From an uncultured Gemmatimonadales bacterium (lineage in GTDB: Bacteria; Gemmatimonadota; Gemmatimonadetes; Gemmatimonadales; GWC2-71-9), in assembly GCA_963828735.1 (NCBI GenBank), contig CAWHFW010000002.1, positions 544,001 to 608,000 on the forward strand: a stretch of 64,000 nt of DNA, written 5' to 3'. The notes beneath the pieces are model-generated. The model did no database searches. It was not told where the DNA came from and was given only the letters and a program-made list of their open reading frames with translations. Position 1 is the stretch's first letter. Every line of letters starts with the position of its first letter. The position numbers and the translations under genes were made by a program. Below are positions 1-9,500 of the stretch, piece by piece.

Positions 1-1
1 C

Positions 2-1624
2 GGCCGCTGGTTGAGCCGCGTGCTGGAACTCTTCCGGGTGGATCGGGCCGCGCTCGTCCAGTTCTCGTCCCACACCAGTCAGCTCCGCGTCACCCATGTG
101 TCCGACGACGAGCCGGGCTCCCCGCTTGCCACCTCGTACGAGGTCGATGAACTGCGCGCGTGCGCCGAGGAGATCAGGCAGGGCCGGGTGGTGCGCCTGA
201 CCCGGCTGGCGGATCTCCCGGCGAAGGGACAGGCGGACCGGGTGACGCTGGCCGCGGCCGGCGTGCGATCGATGCTGGCGGCGCCGCTCTCCGTGGGAGG
301 CAACACCATCGGGTTCCTGGGGCTCATGATCCGGCGCGGGGAGCGGGCCTGGTCCGACGAAGAGGTGCATCGGCTCCAGCTGGTGAGCGGGGTGTTCGCC
401 AACGCCCTGGTCCGGCGGAACGGCGACCGGGCCCTCCGCAGCAGCGACGCACTGGGCGGCGCCGTGCTGGCGTCCCTCCCATCCCGGGTCGCGGTGCTGG
501 ACCGGATCGGCACCATCATCCGGGTGAACGACGCGTGGCTGGACGCGGCGCTGGTGATCGGAGCCGACAAGATCGCGATCGGTGCCAACTACCTCGACGT
601 GTGTCGCGCCGCGACCCAGCATGAGCCGGCGGCGTGCGAGGTCGTCCAGGGGATCGAGTCCGTCCTGGCCGGCAAGGAGCCCGCCGGCTTCCGGCACGAG
701 TATGCCTCCTCTTCCCCCGCGGGTGAGCACTGGTACGAGCTGGTGGTCGAACCGCTGCGCCGGCCGCAGGGGGGCGCCGTGGTGACCCTCACCGACTCCA
801 CGACGCGGAAGCGGGCGGAGGTGGAGGCGCAGATGCACCGCGCCGAGGCGGCCCACGCGTCCCGCGCGGCCACTTTGGGCGAGCTGGCGGCGGGCCTGGC
901 TCACGAGCTCAACCAGCCGCTGGCCGCGATCCTGACGAACGTGCAGGCGAGCAGGCGGCTGCTCACGAGTCAGCCCCCGCGGATCGAGGTGCTGCGTGAG
1001 ATCCTGGACGACATCGCGGCCGACGACGTGCGGGCCGCAGAGATCATCCGGCGGATGCGCGCGCTGCTCAAGAAGGGCCCGATGGACGTGCAGCCGCTCG
1101 ACCTGAACGAGCTCACCGGCGACGTGCTGCGACTGGTGGCGTCCGACGCGATCCTCCGCCGGGTCCGGGTCCACCCGCAGCTCGAGCCGGATCTCCCCGG
1201 CATCACCGGCGATCGGGTCCAGCTCCAGCAGGTCATCCTCAACCTCGTGGTGAATGGCCTCGAGGCCATGTCCGACACGCTGCCCGCGCGCCGGCATCTC
1301 GTCATCCGGACGGCCCAGCCGGAGGAATCCTGGGTCGAAATCACGGTGCGCGATCATGGTCCCGGCATCTCCGCCGAGGCCCTGAGCCGCATCTACGAGC
1401 CGTTTTTCTCAACCAAGCGGGACGGCCTCGGGATGGGGCTGTCCATCTGCCGGTCCATCGCCGAAGCCCATGGGGGCCGCTTGCAGGCATCCAATCACCC
1501 CGACGGGGGAGCCACGGTGGCATTCGGGCTTCCGGTCGCGGGGATGGGCCGCCGCACAGACTCCGCGGGTCGACAGGAGCGACGTTCCTATGCCAGATAT
1601 GACGCCGACAGTCTTCGTCGTTGA
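2..1624 (+). CDS. Sensor histidine kinase (GAF-PAS-HisKA-HATPase), FixL/NodV-like, 5'-truncated by the window
   Basis: H-box LAHELNQPL, N-box QVILNLVVNG, G1 DHGPG, F-box PFFSTK, G2 GLGMGL. The frame is open from position 2. Confidence 0.93.
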   Translation, partial: GRWLSRVLELFRVDRAALVQFSSHTSQLRVTHVSDDEPGSPLATSYEVDELRACAEEIRQGRVVRLTRLADLPAKGQADRVTLAAAGVRSMLAAPLSVGGNTIGFLGLMIRRGERAWSDEEVHRLQLVSGVFANALVRRNGDRALRSSDALGGAVLASLPSRVAVLDRIGTIIRVNDAWLDAALVIGADKIAIGANYLDVCRAATQHEPAACEVVQGIESVLAGKEPAGFRHEYASSSPAGEHWYELVVEPLRRPQGGAVVTLTDSTTRKRAEVEAQMHRAEAAHASRAATLGELAAGLAHELNQPLAAILTNVQASRRLLTSQPPRIEVLREILDDIAADDVRAAEIIRRMRALLKKGPMDVQPLDLNELTGDVLRLVASDAILRRVRVHPQLEPDLPGITGDRVQLQQVILNLVVNGLEAMSDTLPARRHLVIRTAQPEESWVEITVRDHGPGISAEALSRIYEPFFSTKRDGLGMGLSICRSIAEAHGGRLQASNHPDGGATVAFGLPVAGMGRRTDSAGRQERRSYARYDADSLRR

Positions 1625-2294
1625 CGACGACGCCTCGTTCTGCCGAGCCGTCGAGCGGTTACTGAACAGCTTCGGCCACCGGGTGGAGACATTCGCCTCC
1701 CCGACCGAGTTCGTGAACCGCCTGCGCCCCGAAGAGCCGGGCTGCGTGCTGCTCGACATGCGGATGCCCGAGCTCCCGGGGCTCGAGGTGCAGCGGCTGG
1801 TCACTGCATCAGGCTTCGCGATGCCGATCATCTTCGTGAGCGGCAGCGCCGACGTCGAAAGTTGCGTCTGGGCCATGCGTGGCGGGGCCGCGGACATTCT
1901 CCTCAAACCCTTCCAGGAGGAGGAGCTGCTCGGCGCCGTCGGACGGGCCCTGGCCAAGGACGTGGAGCGGCGCCGGGAAATCGGCGCGCTGCGTGAGCTG
2001 CGCGGCCGGCTGGCCTCGCTCACACCGCGGGAGCTCGAGGTCTTCCGGCTCGTGGCAAAGGGGATGCTCAACAAACAGATTGCCGTGGTCCTCGGCACCA
2101 AGGAAGGCACCGTGAAGATGCACCGGGGCCACGTGATGCGAAAACTCCAGCTCGGGTCCGTCGCGGAGCTGGTGAATCTGGCCGACCGTTTGAGCCTGGA
2201 CGACCCCTGCCCTGCGCTCCACGCACGGGCCGGCCGGTTCCGGATCGAGACCGGCGCGGGCCGGATGGCCGTCGGCGCGGGCGCCGGCGCCTGA
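1590..2294 (+). CDS. FixJ/NodW-family response regulator (REC + LuxR HTH)
   Basis: VFVVDDD...LLDMRMP...KP receiver and HTH LTPRELEV...NKQIA...TVKMHRG. ATG 1590 follows AGGAG and overlaps the kinase 3' end. Confidence 0.93.
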   Translation: MPDMTPTVFVVDDDASFCRAVERLLNSFGHRVETFASPTEFVNRLRPEEPGCVLLDMRMPELPGLEVQRLVTASGFAMPIIFVSGSADVESCVWAMRGGAADILLKPFQEEELLGAVGRALAKDVERRREIGALRELRGRLASLTPRELEVFRLVAKGMLNKQIAVVLGTKEGTVKMHRGHVMRKLQLGSVAELVNLADRLSLDDPCPALHARAGRFRIETGAGRMAVGAGAGA

Positions 2295-2317
2295 GCTCGC
2301 CCGACTCCGCCCGGCAC

Positions 2318-2334
2318 TCCACCAAGGTCCACTG
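2318..2334 (+). promoter_or_regulatory. Regulon box
   Basis: tccaccaaggtccactg, with TACGTT 21 bp downstream. Lies upstream of the receiver gene at 2418. Confidence 0.8.
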
Positions 2335-2417
2335 TCTCGCCGGGAGACGCGGTCCTACGTTGCGCCCAGTAGGTACGGCACGCCGTGCTATCGTCTTAGC
2401 TCTCACACAGCGAGCGT

Positions 2418-2855
2418 ATGGGCGCTCCCGGCCGGAAAACGCCGCAACCGCCTGGCGGTGGCGCATCAGGGTCGCCGGTCGTGGCGGTCATCGAGGATGA
2501 TCCCTCGTTCCGTCGAGCGCTGAGCCGATCCCTGAGCCTCCGCGGGTTCCGCACGGACGTGTTCGCCTCGGCCGAGGAGTTCCTGCGGCACCAGGGGGCT
2601 GAGCACGCCGACTGCATCGTGCTCGACATTCACCTGGGCGGGATGAGCGGCTTTGAACTGCAGGCCGAGCTCGCGAGTCGGCCGTCGGCGCCGCCGATCA
2701 TCTTCATCACCGCGTTCGACGATCCCGCCACGCGCCAGCGAGCCCACGAGGCCGGGGCCGCCGCCTACCTCCAGAAGCCCTTCGACGACAAGTCCTTGAT
2801 CGACGCCATCGACCGGGCGGCCCGCCTGCCACGCGGGGGTCGCGGCGGCTCCTAG
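2418..2855 (+). CDS. Single-domain response regulator (receiver only)
   Basis: VAVIEDD, IVLDIHL, FITA and QKPF, with no output domain. Confidence 0.9.
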   Translation: MGAPGRKTPQPPGGGASGSPVVAVIEDDPSFRRALSRSLSLRGFRTDVFASAEEFLRHQGAEHADCIVLDIHLGGMSGFELQAELASRPSAPPIIFITAFDDPATRQRAHEAGAAAYLQKPFDDKSLIDAIDRAARLPRGGRGGS

Positions 2856-2869
2856 CCGAAAGTTCAGTA
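2853..2869 (+). promoter_or_regulatory. Regulon box (variant)
   Basis: tagccgaaagttcagta, with TATGTT 22 bp downstream. Lies upstream of the barrel gene at 2926. Confidence 0.6.
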
Positions 2870-2925
2870 TCACCGGTCCGTCGGCGGTCGGTATGTTCGC
2901 CGCCCAACCGAGAGAGCCGGCTGCC

Positions 2926-4296
2926 ATGAGACGCGCCATTGTTGCCTGCTGTGCACTGCTCGTCGCTGGAACCCGGCTTGCCGCCGGACAGACCGGCGAC
3001 TTCGTCCTTCCCGCCGGGAGCGCCCTGCCCAACTACGATCGGGTGAGCATCGGCCAGCGCGAGGGGATCGAGGCCAACGCCTTCGTCGCGCGGACCGACG
3101 ATGCGGGCGCGAACTGGTACAATCCGGCGGGGCTCGCGCAGAGTGAGAAGAGCGCCGTCAACGCCAGCGCCAATGCGTACGAGTTCACCGGCTTCGCCCT
3201 CGAGGGCGCGGACTTCAAGCGGGGCGGAAAGCGGCTCAGCACGATCGGCTCGTACGTCGGAGGCGTCCTCGGCGACCCGATCATTCACTCGCGCAATTGG
3301 CGACTGGGATTTTCGGTCACCAAGCCGGTCTCCTGGACGCCGAGCCGAGTGGAGGGCCAAATCCCCCTCACCGGGGTTACTGGCGACGAGTCCTTTCTCT
3401 ACTCCTCGTACGTCTCGCTCAGCACGGTTATCCCGGCCCTCAACGTGGGCTATCGGCTCGGAGATCGGCTCCGGCTGGGCGTCGGTCTGGGATGGGCCCA
3501 TACATCGCTGTACCAGAACACGTCGCTCTCCGATCGACTCCTGACTCCCACCGCCGCGTCGACGGCCCTGCACAGCGTCGAGACGGACGGCAGCACGGAC
3601 GGCCTGCTCGTGAGCGCGGGCGTCCAGGCAGACGTGGGCTCGGGCATCAGCTTCGGCGCCCTGGTGACGGCGCCGGGCGTTCGGATCGGCGGCAGCAGTC
3701 GGGTCACCTATCAGGCTACCGCGTTCTCCGGGGCCGTGTCCCGCGACCTCGCGTTTCGCGACGACCAGACCGAGTTCGACTACCGGCTTCCGTTGGCGGC
3801 GACGCTCGGCGCGGCGATCCGGTTCGGCAAGGCCGAGGTCGAGTTCGATCTCAGGTATCACGGCACGCGCGATCGGTACGTGCTCTACTCCAGCGCCATC
3901 CCGGCGGCGCTCGTTACCACTGATGCGGCTGGGGTGCCGACCCAGAGCACGCTGGCCTTCGCGGACGTCACCGAGGAGACCAAGGCCGTCTACAACCTGG
4001 CGATCGGCGGCCACTATTCATTCTCGCCGGGTTTCCGGGTCCACGCCGGATTCTTCACCGACGACAGCCCGGTGGGCAGCCCGGAGACCTCGATCTTCCG
4101 CGAGCTGAATCTGGTGGGGTTCTCCGGGGGCACCTCGTTCGGGGCCGGACGCCTCACCGCCTCGGTGGGCATCTCCGGCTCCCACGGCACAAGCGATCAG
4201 CGCATGATCGGACCGTCCCTGGGCGGCGCGACCGGCAGTACCAAGGTGACGGTGACGACGTACAACCTGCTGTACGCCGTCTCGTACGCCTTCTGA
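2926..4296 (+). CDS. Outer-membrane beta-barrel, FadL/OmpP1-like
   Basis: Signal peptide MRRAIVACC..., AFVARTDDAGANWYNPAGL motif, alternating strands, C-terminal YAF. Confidence 0.75.
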   Translation: MRRAIVACCALLVAGTRLAAGQTGDFVLPAGSALPNYDRVSIGQREGIEANAFVARTDDAGANWYNPAGLAQSEKSAVNASANAYEFTGFALEGADFKRGGKRLSTIGSYVGGVLGDPIIHSRNWRLGFSVTKPVSWTPSRVEGQIPLTGVTGDESFLYSSYVSLSTVIPALNVGYRLGDRLRLGVGLGWAHTSLYQNTSLSDRLLTPTAASTALHSVETDGSTDGLLVSAGVQADVGSGISFGALVTAPGVRIGGSSRVTYQATAFSGAVSRDLAFRDDQTEFDYRLPLAATLGAAIRFGKAEVEFDLRYHGTRDRYVLYSSAIPAALVTTDAAGVPTQSTLAFADVTEETKAVYNLAIGGHYSFSPGFRVHAGFFTDDSPVGSPETSIFRELNLVGFSGGTSFGAGRLTASVGISGSHGTSDQRMIGPSLGGATGSTKVTVTTYNLLYAVSYAF

Positions 4297-4307
4297 GTCG
4301 TCGAACC

Positions 4308-4702
4308 TCAGCCCGTCAGGGGCTGGGCCCGAGGCGCCGGGTTCCCTTCCGCCCTCGCACCTGCCTGCTCGAGCTCGGCGAGCTCCTTGATGTCCTTCTC
4401 GAGGAAATAGTTCAGGAAGGTTCGGATCACCGCGATCACGGCGAGCTGCCCGATGTCGTTCCAGCTCGGCGAGATCGCCGTGCGCACAATGTCGGCGGCC
4501 AGCTCGAACTCGAGCGCAAGGACCAGCCACCGAGCGAAGTGGACCTAGACGAGCCGCTTCCGACCCAGCGTCTGGGCCGGCTGGGGCTTGAACATTTGCA
4601 CGAGGGCTTGCAGGGCACCGACCGCGATCAGGATCGCCGCGGCCGTTTCGACGCCAGCGCGATCCACCCGGCGATGGCCCGAAAGACCTCCTCCAGGGGC
4701 AA
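4308..4702 (-). pseudogene. DUF1622-family membrane protein, disrupted
   Basis: Manual translation gives LALEFELAADIVRTAISPSWNDIGQLAVIAVIRTFLNYFLEKDI. There is a 1-nt deletion near 4654 and an in-frame TAG at 4545-4547. Start is approximate. Confidence 0.8.
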
Positions 4703-4704
4703 CG

Positions 4705-4959
4705 TTACATCGAGTCCCGCCGCACGGCGCTGTCGGCGGGCGAGTGCAGCGAGTCCATCTGCATGCTCATCGAATCGCGCATGGCGGCGGTGTCGGAGAG
4801 GCCGCCGCCAGCATGGGCGCTCGCGCTGTCTTCACCGGCTCCCTTGCTGACGGTCGGAGTGTAGGAGGGAGTTACATCTTCCGGCTTGGGGTTGGAGCAG
4901 CTTCCCGTAAGGAAGAGCGCCCCGGCGGCTGCCGGTGCCGCCAGCACGTACCAGCGCAT
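4705..4959 (-). CDS. Small lipoprotein, low complexity and D(S/T)-rich
   Basis: MRWYVLAAPAAAGALFLTGSC lipoprotein-like signal, with GGAAGG upstream. Confidence 0.6.
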   Translation of the reverse strand: MRWYVLAAPAAAGALFLTGSCSNPKPEDVTPSYTPTVSKGAGEDSASAHAGGGLSDTAAMRDSMSMQMDSLHSPADSAVRRDSM

Positions 4960-4987
4960 ATAGCCTTCCACGTGCGGGGTTGGCGTT

Positions 4988-5584
4988 CTACTTGGTGAGC
5001 ACGTGCTGCTTCTGCATTTCCTGGACGTTCGCCGTGATGACCTCGTCCACCAGGCTGGCGACCGACGTCGGGTTCATCGTCTCGCTGCGACTGGCCCAGA
5101 TCAGCTTGGCGTCCGCCACCGAGTAGACGTTCGTATTGAAGTTCACGTACTGGTCTTCACGGACGTAGCCCGGGTCGTACGTTGAGCTCCAGCCGTAGGC
5201 CCAGCCACCCCACATGTTGCCGTAGGCCGCGGGCACCGCGTAGGCTTGGCCCGGCACGTAGGTCGCCGTGCGATCCACATTGACGAGGAACATCACCACG
5301 GCGCCGTCGAACCCCGCGTCACGGACCTTCGCCTTGGCCGCCTCGCGGTCCTTCAGCTCGTCGTCCGAGATGAGCGTGTACGAGGGCGTGGAGCCCTTGA
5401 TCCGCTTCGCCAGCCCGTCTTCGACCGTCCGGCGCATGGCGGCATCGCGGCACATGCACGCGGCCAGCACCTTCTTGAACTCGACGGAGCTGGCGGCCGG
5501 ATCTTTCCAGCTGTTCACGACCTGAGTAGTGGGCGCGCAGGCCGCCAGCAGGGCGGCCATCACGAAACCCGGGAACAACCGCAT
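4988..5584 (-). CDS. Lipoprotein, DUF4136-like
   Basis: AAGGAG RBS, LLAAC lipobox, Y/G/W-rich loop and KLIWAS motif. Confidence 0.75.
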   Translation of the reverse strand: MRLFPGFVMAALLAACAPTTQVVNSWKDPAASSVEFKKVLAACMCRDAAMRRTVEDGLAKRIKGSTPSYTLISDDELKDREAAKAKVRDAGFDGAVVMFLVNVDRTATYVPGQAYAVPAAYGNMWGGWAYGWSSTYDPGYVREDQYVNFNTNVYSVADAKLIWASRSETMNPTSVASLVDEVITANVQEMQKQHVLTK

Positions 5585-5636
5585 AGCCAGCTCCTTGAGG
5601 CGATCCTCTAGCATCGGCCGACCCGGCCCCATCGAC

Positions 5637-5653
5637 CAGTAGACCTTGGTCCA
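5637..5653 (-). promoter_or_regulatory. Regulon box
   Basis: Minus strand tggaccaaggtctactg, with GATGCT 21 bp downstream. Confidence 0.8.
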
Positions 5654-5798
5654 GCCGGGTCACCGGCGCGTTGCCCGGCCGCCAACAGCCACACCGCGCC
5701 CGGTTGCAGATAGAACCGCGACGCCTGGGCCGGACGCGTGAGCTGCGGCTGGGTGCCACTGGTGCGAAAGCGCCTCCCCGTGACCGCCCTTTCCGCTC

Positions 5799-6587
5799 TT
5801 AGAACCGAATCTCAAGGCCGAGCGCCGGCCCGGTCATGTAGACGTCGTCGACGAAGCCGTCGCTCTCGTAATCCACGTCGAGGTGGCGGTACGCGGCGAG
5901 CACGGCACAGCAGTGCCCGAGGTCATAGCCCCCGCCGCCCATGGCCTGCCAGGTAAACTTGGACCCGCCGCCACCGACGTCCCCCTTGGCCACGAGGTGC
6001 CACTTGGGGCCCGGGCTGTAGCGGAGCCGAGCGCCGACCGTTCCGTCCACCCAGGCCTTGCTGCCGGAGCGGCTCGGGTCCTGGTGTGTCACGCCGACGT
6101 CGACGCTCAGGTGCCAGTAGCGCACGCCCACCAGCCCATCCAGCCCGCCCCACGGCCGGACGAGGAGCGTATAGCCCACCTGCGGCTGGGCGATGACCTG
6201 GTCCAGTGACGTGGTGATACTGTCGGCGCTGCCTTCGGCCACAGGCACGTCATCGTTCAGGTTGAAAAACTGGAAGTCGAGTGCGCCGATCCACCGCGCG
6301 TACCGAGCCTCGAGCACGGCCGAGAAACCGATCTGGACCTCCTGGACGATGTCGCCGAAGCTCAGGTCCACCTCCGACACGCTCCCACCGACTCCGACCT
6401 GGCCCTTCTGACTTGCCGCCCAGAGGTAGGGGGTGAACGAGAACCGCCAGAACGCGGAATCGGCCGGCGCCACGGTGGAGGCGTCTGGAACGACCTGGCC
6501 GGACGCCGGGCCGGCAACGACAGCGCAGAGGACGGTCGCAAGCCCGCCTGCCCACCGCCACCATCTGGATGCTCGGGGCGTCGTCAT
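5799..6587 (-). CDS. Outer-membrane beta-barrel protein
   Basis: Signal peptide, WRFSFTPYLWA, amphipathic strands, C-terminal GLEIRF. Confidence 0.8.
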   Translation of the reverse strand: MTTPRASRWWRWAGGLATVLCAVVAGPASGQVVPDASTVAPADSAFWRFSFTPYLWAASQKGQVGVGGSVSEVDLSFGDIVQEVQIGFSAVLEARYARWIGALDFQFFNLNDDVPVAEGSADSITTSLDQVIAQPQVGYTLLVRPWGGLDGLVGVRYWHLSVDVGVTHQDPSRSGSKAWVDGTVGARLRYSPGPKWHLVAKGDVGGGGSKFTWQAMGGGGYDLGHCCAVLAAYRHLDVDYESDGFVDDVYMTGPALGLEIRF

Positions 6588-6606
6588 GGAGAAGCGGCAG
6601 GATGGC

Positions 6607-9360
6607 TCACGCGCCGCTCAGTGCCTCACGCCCGGCGGCATCGTGGATGCGCGCCAGGCGGTCGAACGCCGACCCGCTGTCCTGAAGGAACCGCTCGGCG
6701 GAGCCGGCGCCGAACAGGCAGATGAGCGCCGAGACGAGCCCGGTCCATCCCGTCTGATGGCTGGCGCCGATACCGGCGCCGTCGTCCCCGTGGAAGTACT
6801 CGTAGAACAGAATCAGATCCCGCCAGTGCGGATCCTCCTGGAACTTCGCCGTAGCGCCGTACACGGGGCGGCGGCCCTTCGCGTCGCGAAGGAAGATCCG
6901 CTCGAGCCGCGTTGCGAGGTCGCGGGCGGCCTCGAACAGCGTGAGGCGAGTACCGGACCCGGTGGGAAGCTCGACGGTGAACTCGTCGCCGTAGAAGCTG
7001 TAGAGCTGCAGCAGCGCCCGAATGAGCAGCAGGTTCACCGGCATCCAGATGGGGCCGCGCCAATTCGAGTTGCCTCCGAACAGTCCCGAGTCCGACTCGG
7101 CCGGAGTGTACGGGACCCGGTACTCCTCGCCGCCGGCGCGGAAGACGTAGGGGTGCTCGAGGTGATAGCGGCTCAGCGCCCGAATGCCGTAGTCCCCCAG
7201 GAACTCGTCCGGGTCGAGCATCCGGGCCACCACACGGCGGATCTTGCCTTCGTCGAGCACCGAGAGCATGCGGCGCGCGTGCACACCGGCGCGGTCGGGC
7301 GGGTTGATGTTCCGGAGCAGCGTGGGATGCCGCTGGTTGAAATCGCACGCGCGGTCGAAGAACATCGGGAGCCGGGTCAGGACCACCTCGGGATAGACGG
7401 TGATGGCGCAGAGGGGGAGCAGCCCGACCATGGAGCGCACCTTGAGCCGTTGGGCCGAGCCGTCGGGAAGCCGGAGGACGTCGTAGTAGAAGCCGTCGGC
7501 GTCGTCCCACATGGTCTGTCCGTCGCCGATCCGATCCATGGCCGACGCGATCCACACGAAGTGCTCGTAGAACTTGACCGCCAGCTCCTCGTAGGCTGGG
7601 TCGTGCAGCGCCAGCTCGAGCGCCATCTCGAGCATGTTCTGGGAGAAGAGCGCCATCCACGCGGTCCCGTCCGCCTGCTCGAGGTGGCCGCCGGTGGGGA
7701 GCGGCGCGCTCCGGTCGAACACCCCGATGTTGTCGAGCCCCAGAAACCCGCCCTCGAAGACGTTCCGGCCGTCGCGGTCCTTCCGGTTGACCCACCACGT
7801 GAAGTTGAGCAGGAGCTTGTGGAACGAGCGCTGGAGGCTCGGCAGGGCGCGCTCGCCGAAGCGGCTCCGTTGCAGGCGGTAGTTGAACAGCGTGGCCCAC
7901 GCATGCACCGGCGGGTTCACGTCGCTGAAGTTCCACTCGTACGCTGGGATCTGCCCGTTCGGATGGGCGTAGCGCGCCCCCAGCATGAGCTCGAGCTGCT
8001 GCATGGCGAAGTCGGGGTCCACCACGGCCAGCGTGATCGCGTGAAAGGCCAGGTCCCAGGCGGCGTACCAGGGGTACTCCCACTTGTCCGGCATGGAGAT
8101 CACGTCGCTGTTGTACATGTGGTACCAGTCGCGGTTCCGGACGTTGCCCTCCTTGCCGCCGGCCGGGTCCACGCCGTGCTCCTCGAGCCAGGGGCCGAGG
8201 TCATAGAGGTACGCCTGCCGGCTCCACAGCATGCCGGCGAATCCCTGCCGCATGACGGCCGCCGCGTCCCCGGTGACCGTCTCCGGGGTGAGCGCGGCGT
8301 AGAACTCGTCGGCCTCGCGCACGCGGGCCGCGAAGGTCTCGTCGAAGGCCTCGAATGCGTCCTCCCGCGACGAGGGGGGCGTCTCGGTCAGGAGGAGCCG
8401 GACCACCTGCGTCTCGCCCGGACCGACCATGAGGGCGTAATGCGCCGCCGACTTGGTCCCCTTCCCCGACGGATCGACCGCTCCGGTGTCGCCCTTCACG
8501 ATGTAGTCGTTGATCCCGTCCTTGACGAAGGGACTCGTGTTGGGACGGCTGGAGAGCCGCGTGAGGTTGGTCTCATTCGCGGTGAACAGAAGCTCGCCCG
8601 CGTTCTCGCAGACGAGGTAGCGGGTGCCGACGTCGGGATGCTGGGCGACGATCGTCTTGGTGCCACGCCGGGTGGGCCCCCGCTCGAGGGACGGCTTCGG
8701 CGCTTCCGGCGAGTGCCACCAGGTGTTTCGGAACCAGAGGTGCGGCAGCACCCGCAGCTCCGCAGCCTCCGGCCCGCGGTTCACGACGCTGATCCGGACC
8801 AGGATCTCCTCAGGCGTGGCCTTGGCGTACTCGACGAACACGTCGAAGTACCGGTCGGCGTCGAACATGCCCGTATCGATCAGCTCGTACTCGGGCTCCG
8901 AGCGGCTGCGGGTCGCGCTGACGTGGACCAGTTCGGCGTATGGGAAGGCGGCCTGGGGGTACTTGTACAGCAGCTTGAGGTACGAGCTCGTGGGCGTCGC
9001 ATCGAGGTAGAAGTAGTACTCTTTCACGTCCTCGCCGTGGTTCCCCTCCGCGTTGGTGAGGCCGAAGAGCCGTTCCTTGATAATCCCGTCCCGGCCGTTC
9101 CACACGGCGACCGCGAAGCAGAGCCGCATCTGGTCGTCACAGAAGCCGGCGATGCCGTCCTCGCCCCAGCGATAGACGCGGGAGCGGGCCTGGTCGTGGG
9201 GAAAGCTGTTCCAGGCGTCGCCGTTCGCGCTGTAGTCCTCGCGAACGGTGCCCCATTGACGCTCGCTGAGGTAGGGCCCCCATGTCCGCCACGGGACGCC
9301 GTCCTCGCGGGCCTGACGCAGGCGCTCCTGCTCATGAGCGACGGGACTCTGATCCACCAC
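6607..9360 (-). CDS. MGH1-like / GH63-type glycoside hydrolase (glucosidase)
   Basis: WGPYLSERQWGTVREDYS, SMPDKWEYPWYAAWDLAFH, NSNWRGPIW and EYFHGD.GAG.GASHQTGWT motifs. Confidence 0.88.
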   Translation of the reverse strand: MVDQSPVAHEQERLRQAREDGVPWRTWGPYLSERQWGTVREDYSANGDAWNSFPHDQARSRVYRWGEDGIAGFCDDQMRLCFAVAVWNGRDGIIKERLFGLTNAEGNHGEDVKEYYFYLDATPTSSYLKLLYKYPQAAFPYAELVHVSATRSRSEPEYELIDTGMFDADRYFDVFVEYAKATPEEILVRISVVNRGPEAAELRVLPHLWFRNTWWHSPEAPKPSLERGPTRRGTKTIVAQHPDVGTRYLVCENAGELLFTANETNLTRLSSRPNTSPFVKDGINDYIVKGDTGAVDPSGKGTKSAAHYALMVGPGETQVVRLLLTETPPSSREDAFEAFDETFAARVREADEFYAALTPETVTGDAAAVMRQGFAGMLWSRQAYLYDLGPWLEEHGVDPAGGKEGNVRNRDWYHMYNSDVISMPDKWEYPWYAAWDLAFHAITLAVVDPDFAMQQLELMLGARYAHPNGQIPAYEWNFSDVNPPVHAWATLFNYRLQRSRFGERALPSLQRSFHKLLLNFTWWVNRKDRDGRNVFEGGFLGLDNIGVFDRSAPLPTGGHLEQADGTAWMALFSQNMLEMALELALHDPAYEELAVKFYEHFVWIASAMDRIGDGQTMWDDADGFYYDVLRLPDGSAQRLKVRSMVGLLPLCAITVYPEVVLTRLPMFFDRACDFNQRHPTLLRNINPPDRAGVHARRMLSVLDEGKIRRVVARMLDPDEFLGDYGIRALSRYHLEHPYVFRAGGEEYRVPYTPAESDSGLFGGNSNWRGPIWMPVNLLLIRALLQLYSFYGDEFTVELPTGSGTRLTLFEAARDLATRLERIFLRDAKGRRPVYGATAKFQEDPHWRDLILFYEYFHGDDGAGIGASHQTGWTGLVSALICLFGAGSAERFLQDSGSAFDRLARIHDAAGREALSGA

Positions 9361-9454
9361 GACGTTCCTCCGTCATGCTCCCGCGCACGGAGTCGCCGGG
9401 GCAAGGTCTCCGCTCCGCTGCCGCTCGCGACCGCCGACAGATAGTGCCGGCGTC

Positions 9455-9472
9455 ATGTCCGATATCGGACAT
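9455..9472. promoter_or_regulatory. Perfect 18-bp palindrome, candidate operator
   Basis: atgtccgatatcggacat equals its own reverse complement and lies about 95 bp upstream of the glycosidase start. Confidence 0.45.
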
Positions 9473-9500
9473 CGGGACCTCCGGACAGCAGCAATCCTGG

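Noticed and set aside
4309..4325. Hairpin cagccc-gtcag-gggctg as a terminator
   Set aside because: Short stem with no U-tract, and it lies within the DUF1622 remnant.
4545..4547. In-frame TAG as possible recoding (pyrrolysine or readthrough)
   Set aside because: The same gene also has a frameshift, TAG is a normal stop for many genes here, and no pyl genes are seen.
6433..9444. 1003-aa plus-strand ORF and similar long antisense ORFs (29250..31007, 36735..38528, 45464..47254)
   Set aside because: They are shadow frames opposite well-supported genes, as expected in high-GC DNA, and show no motifs.
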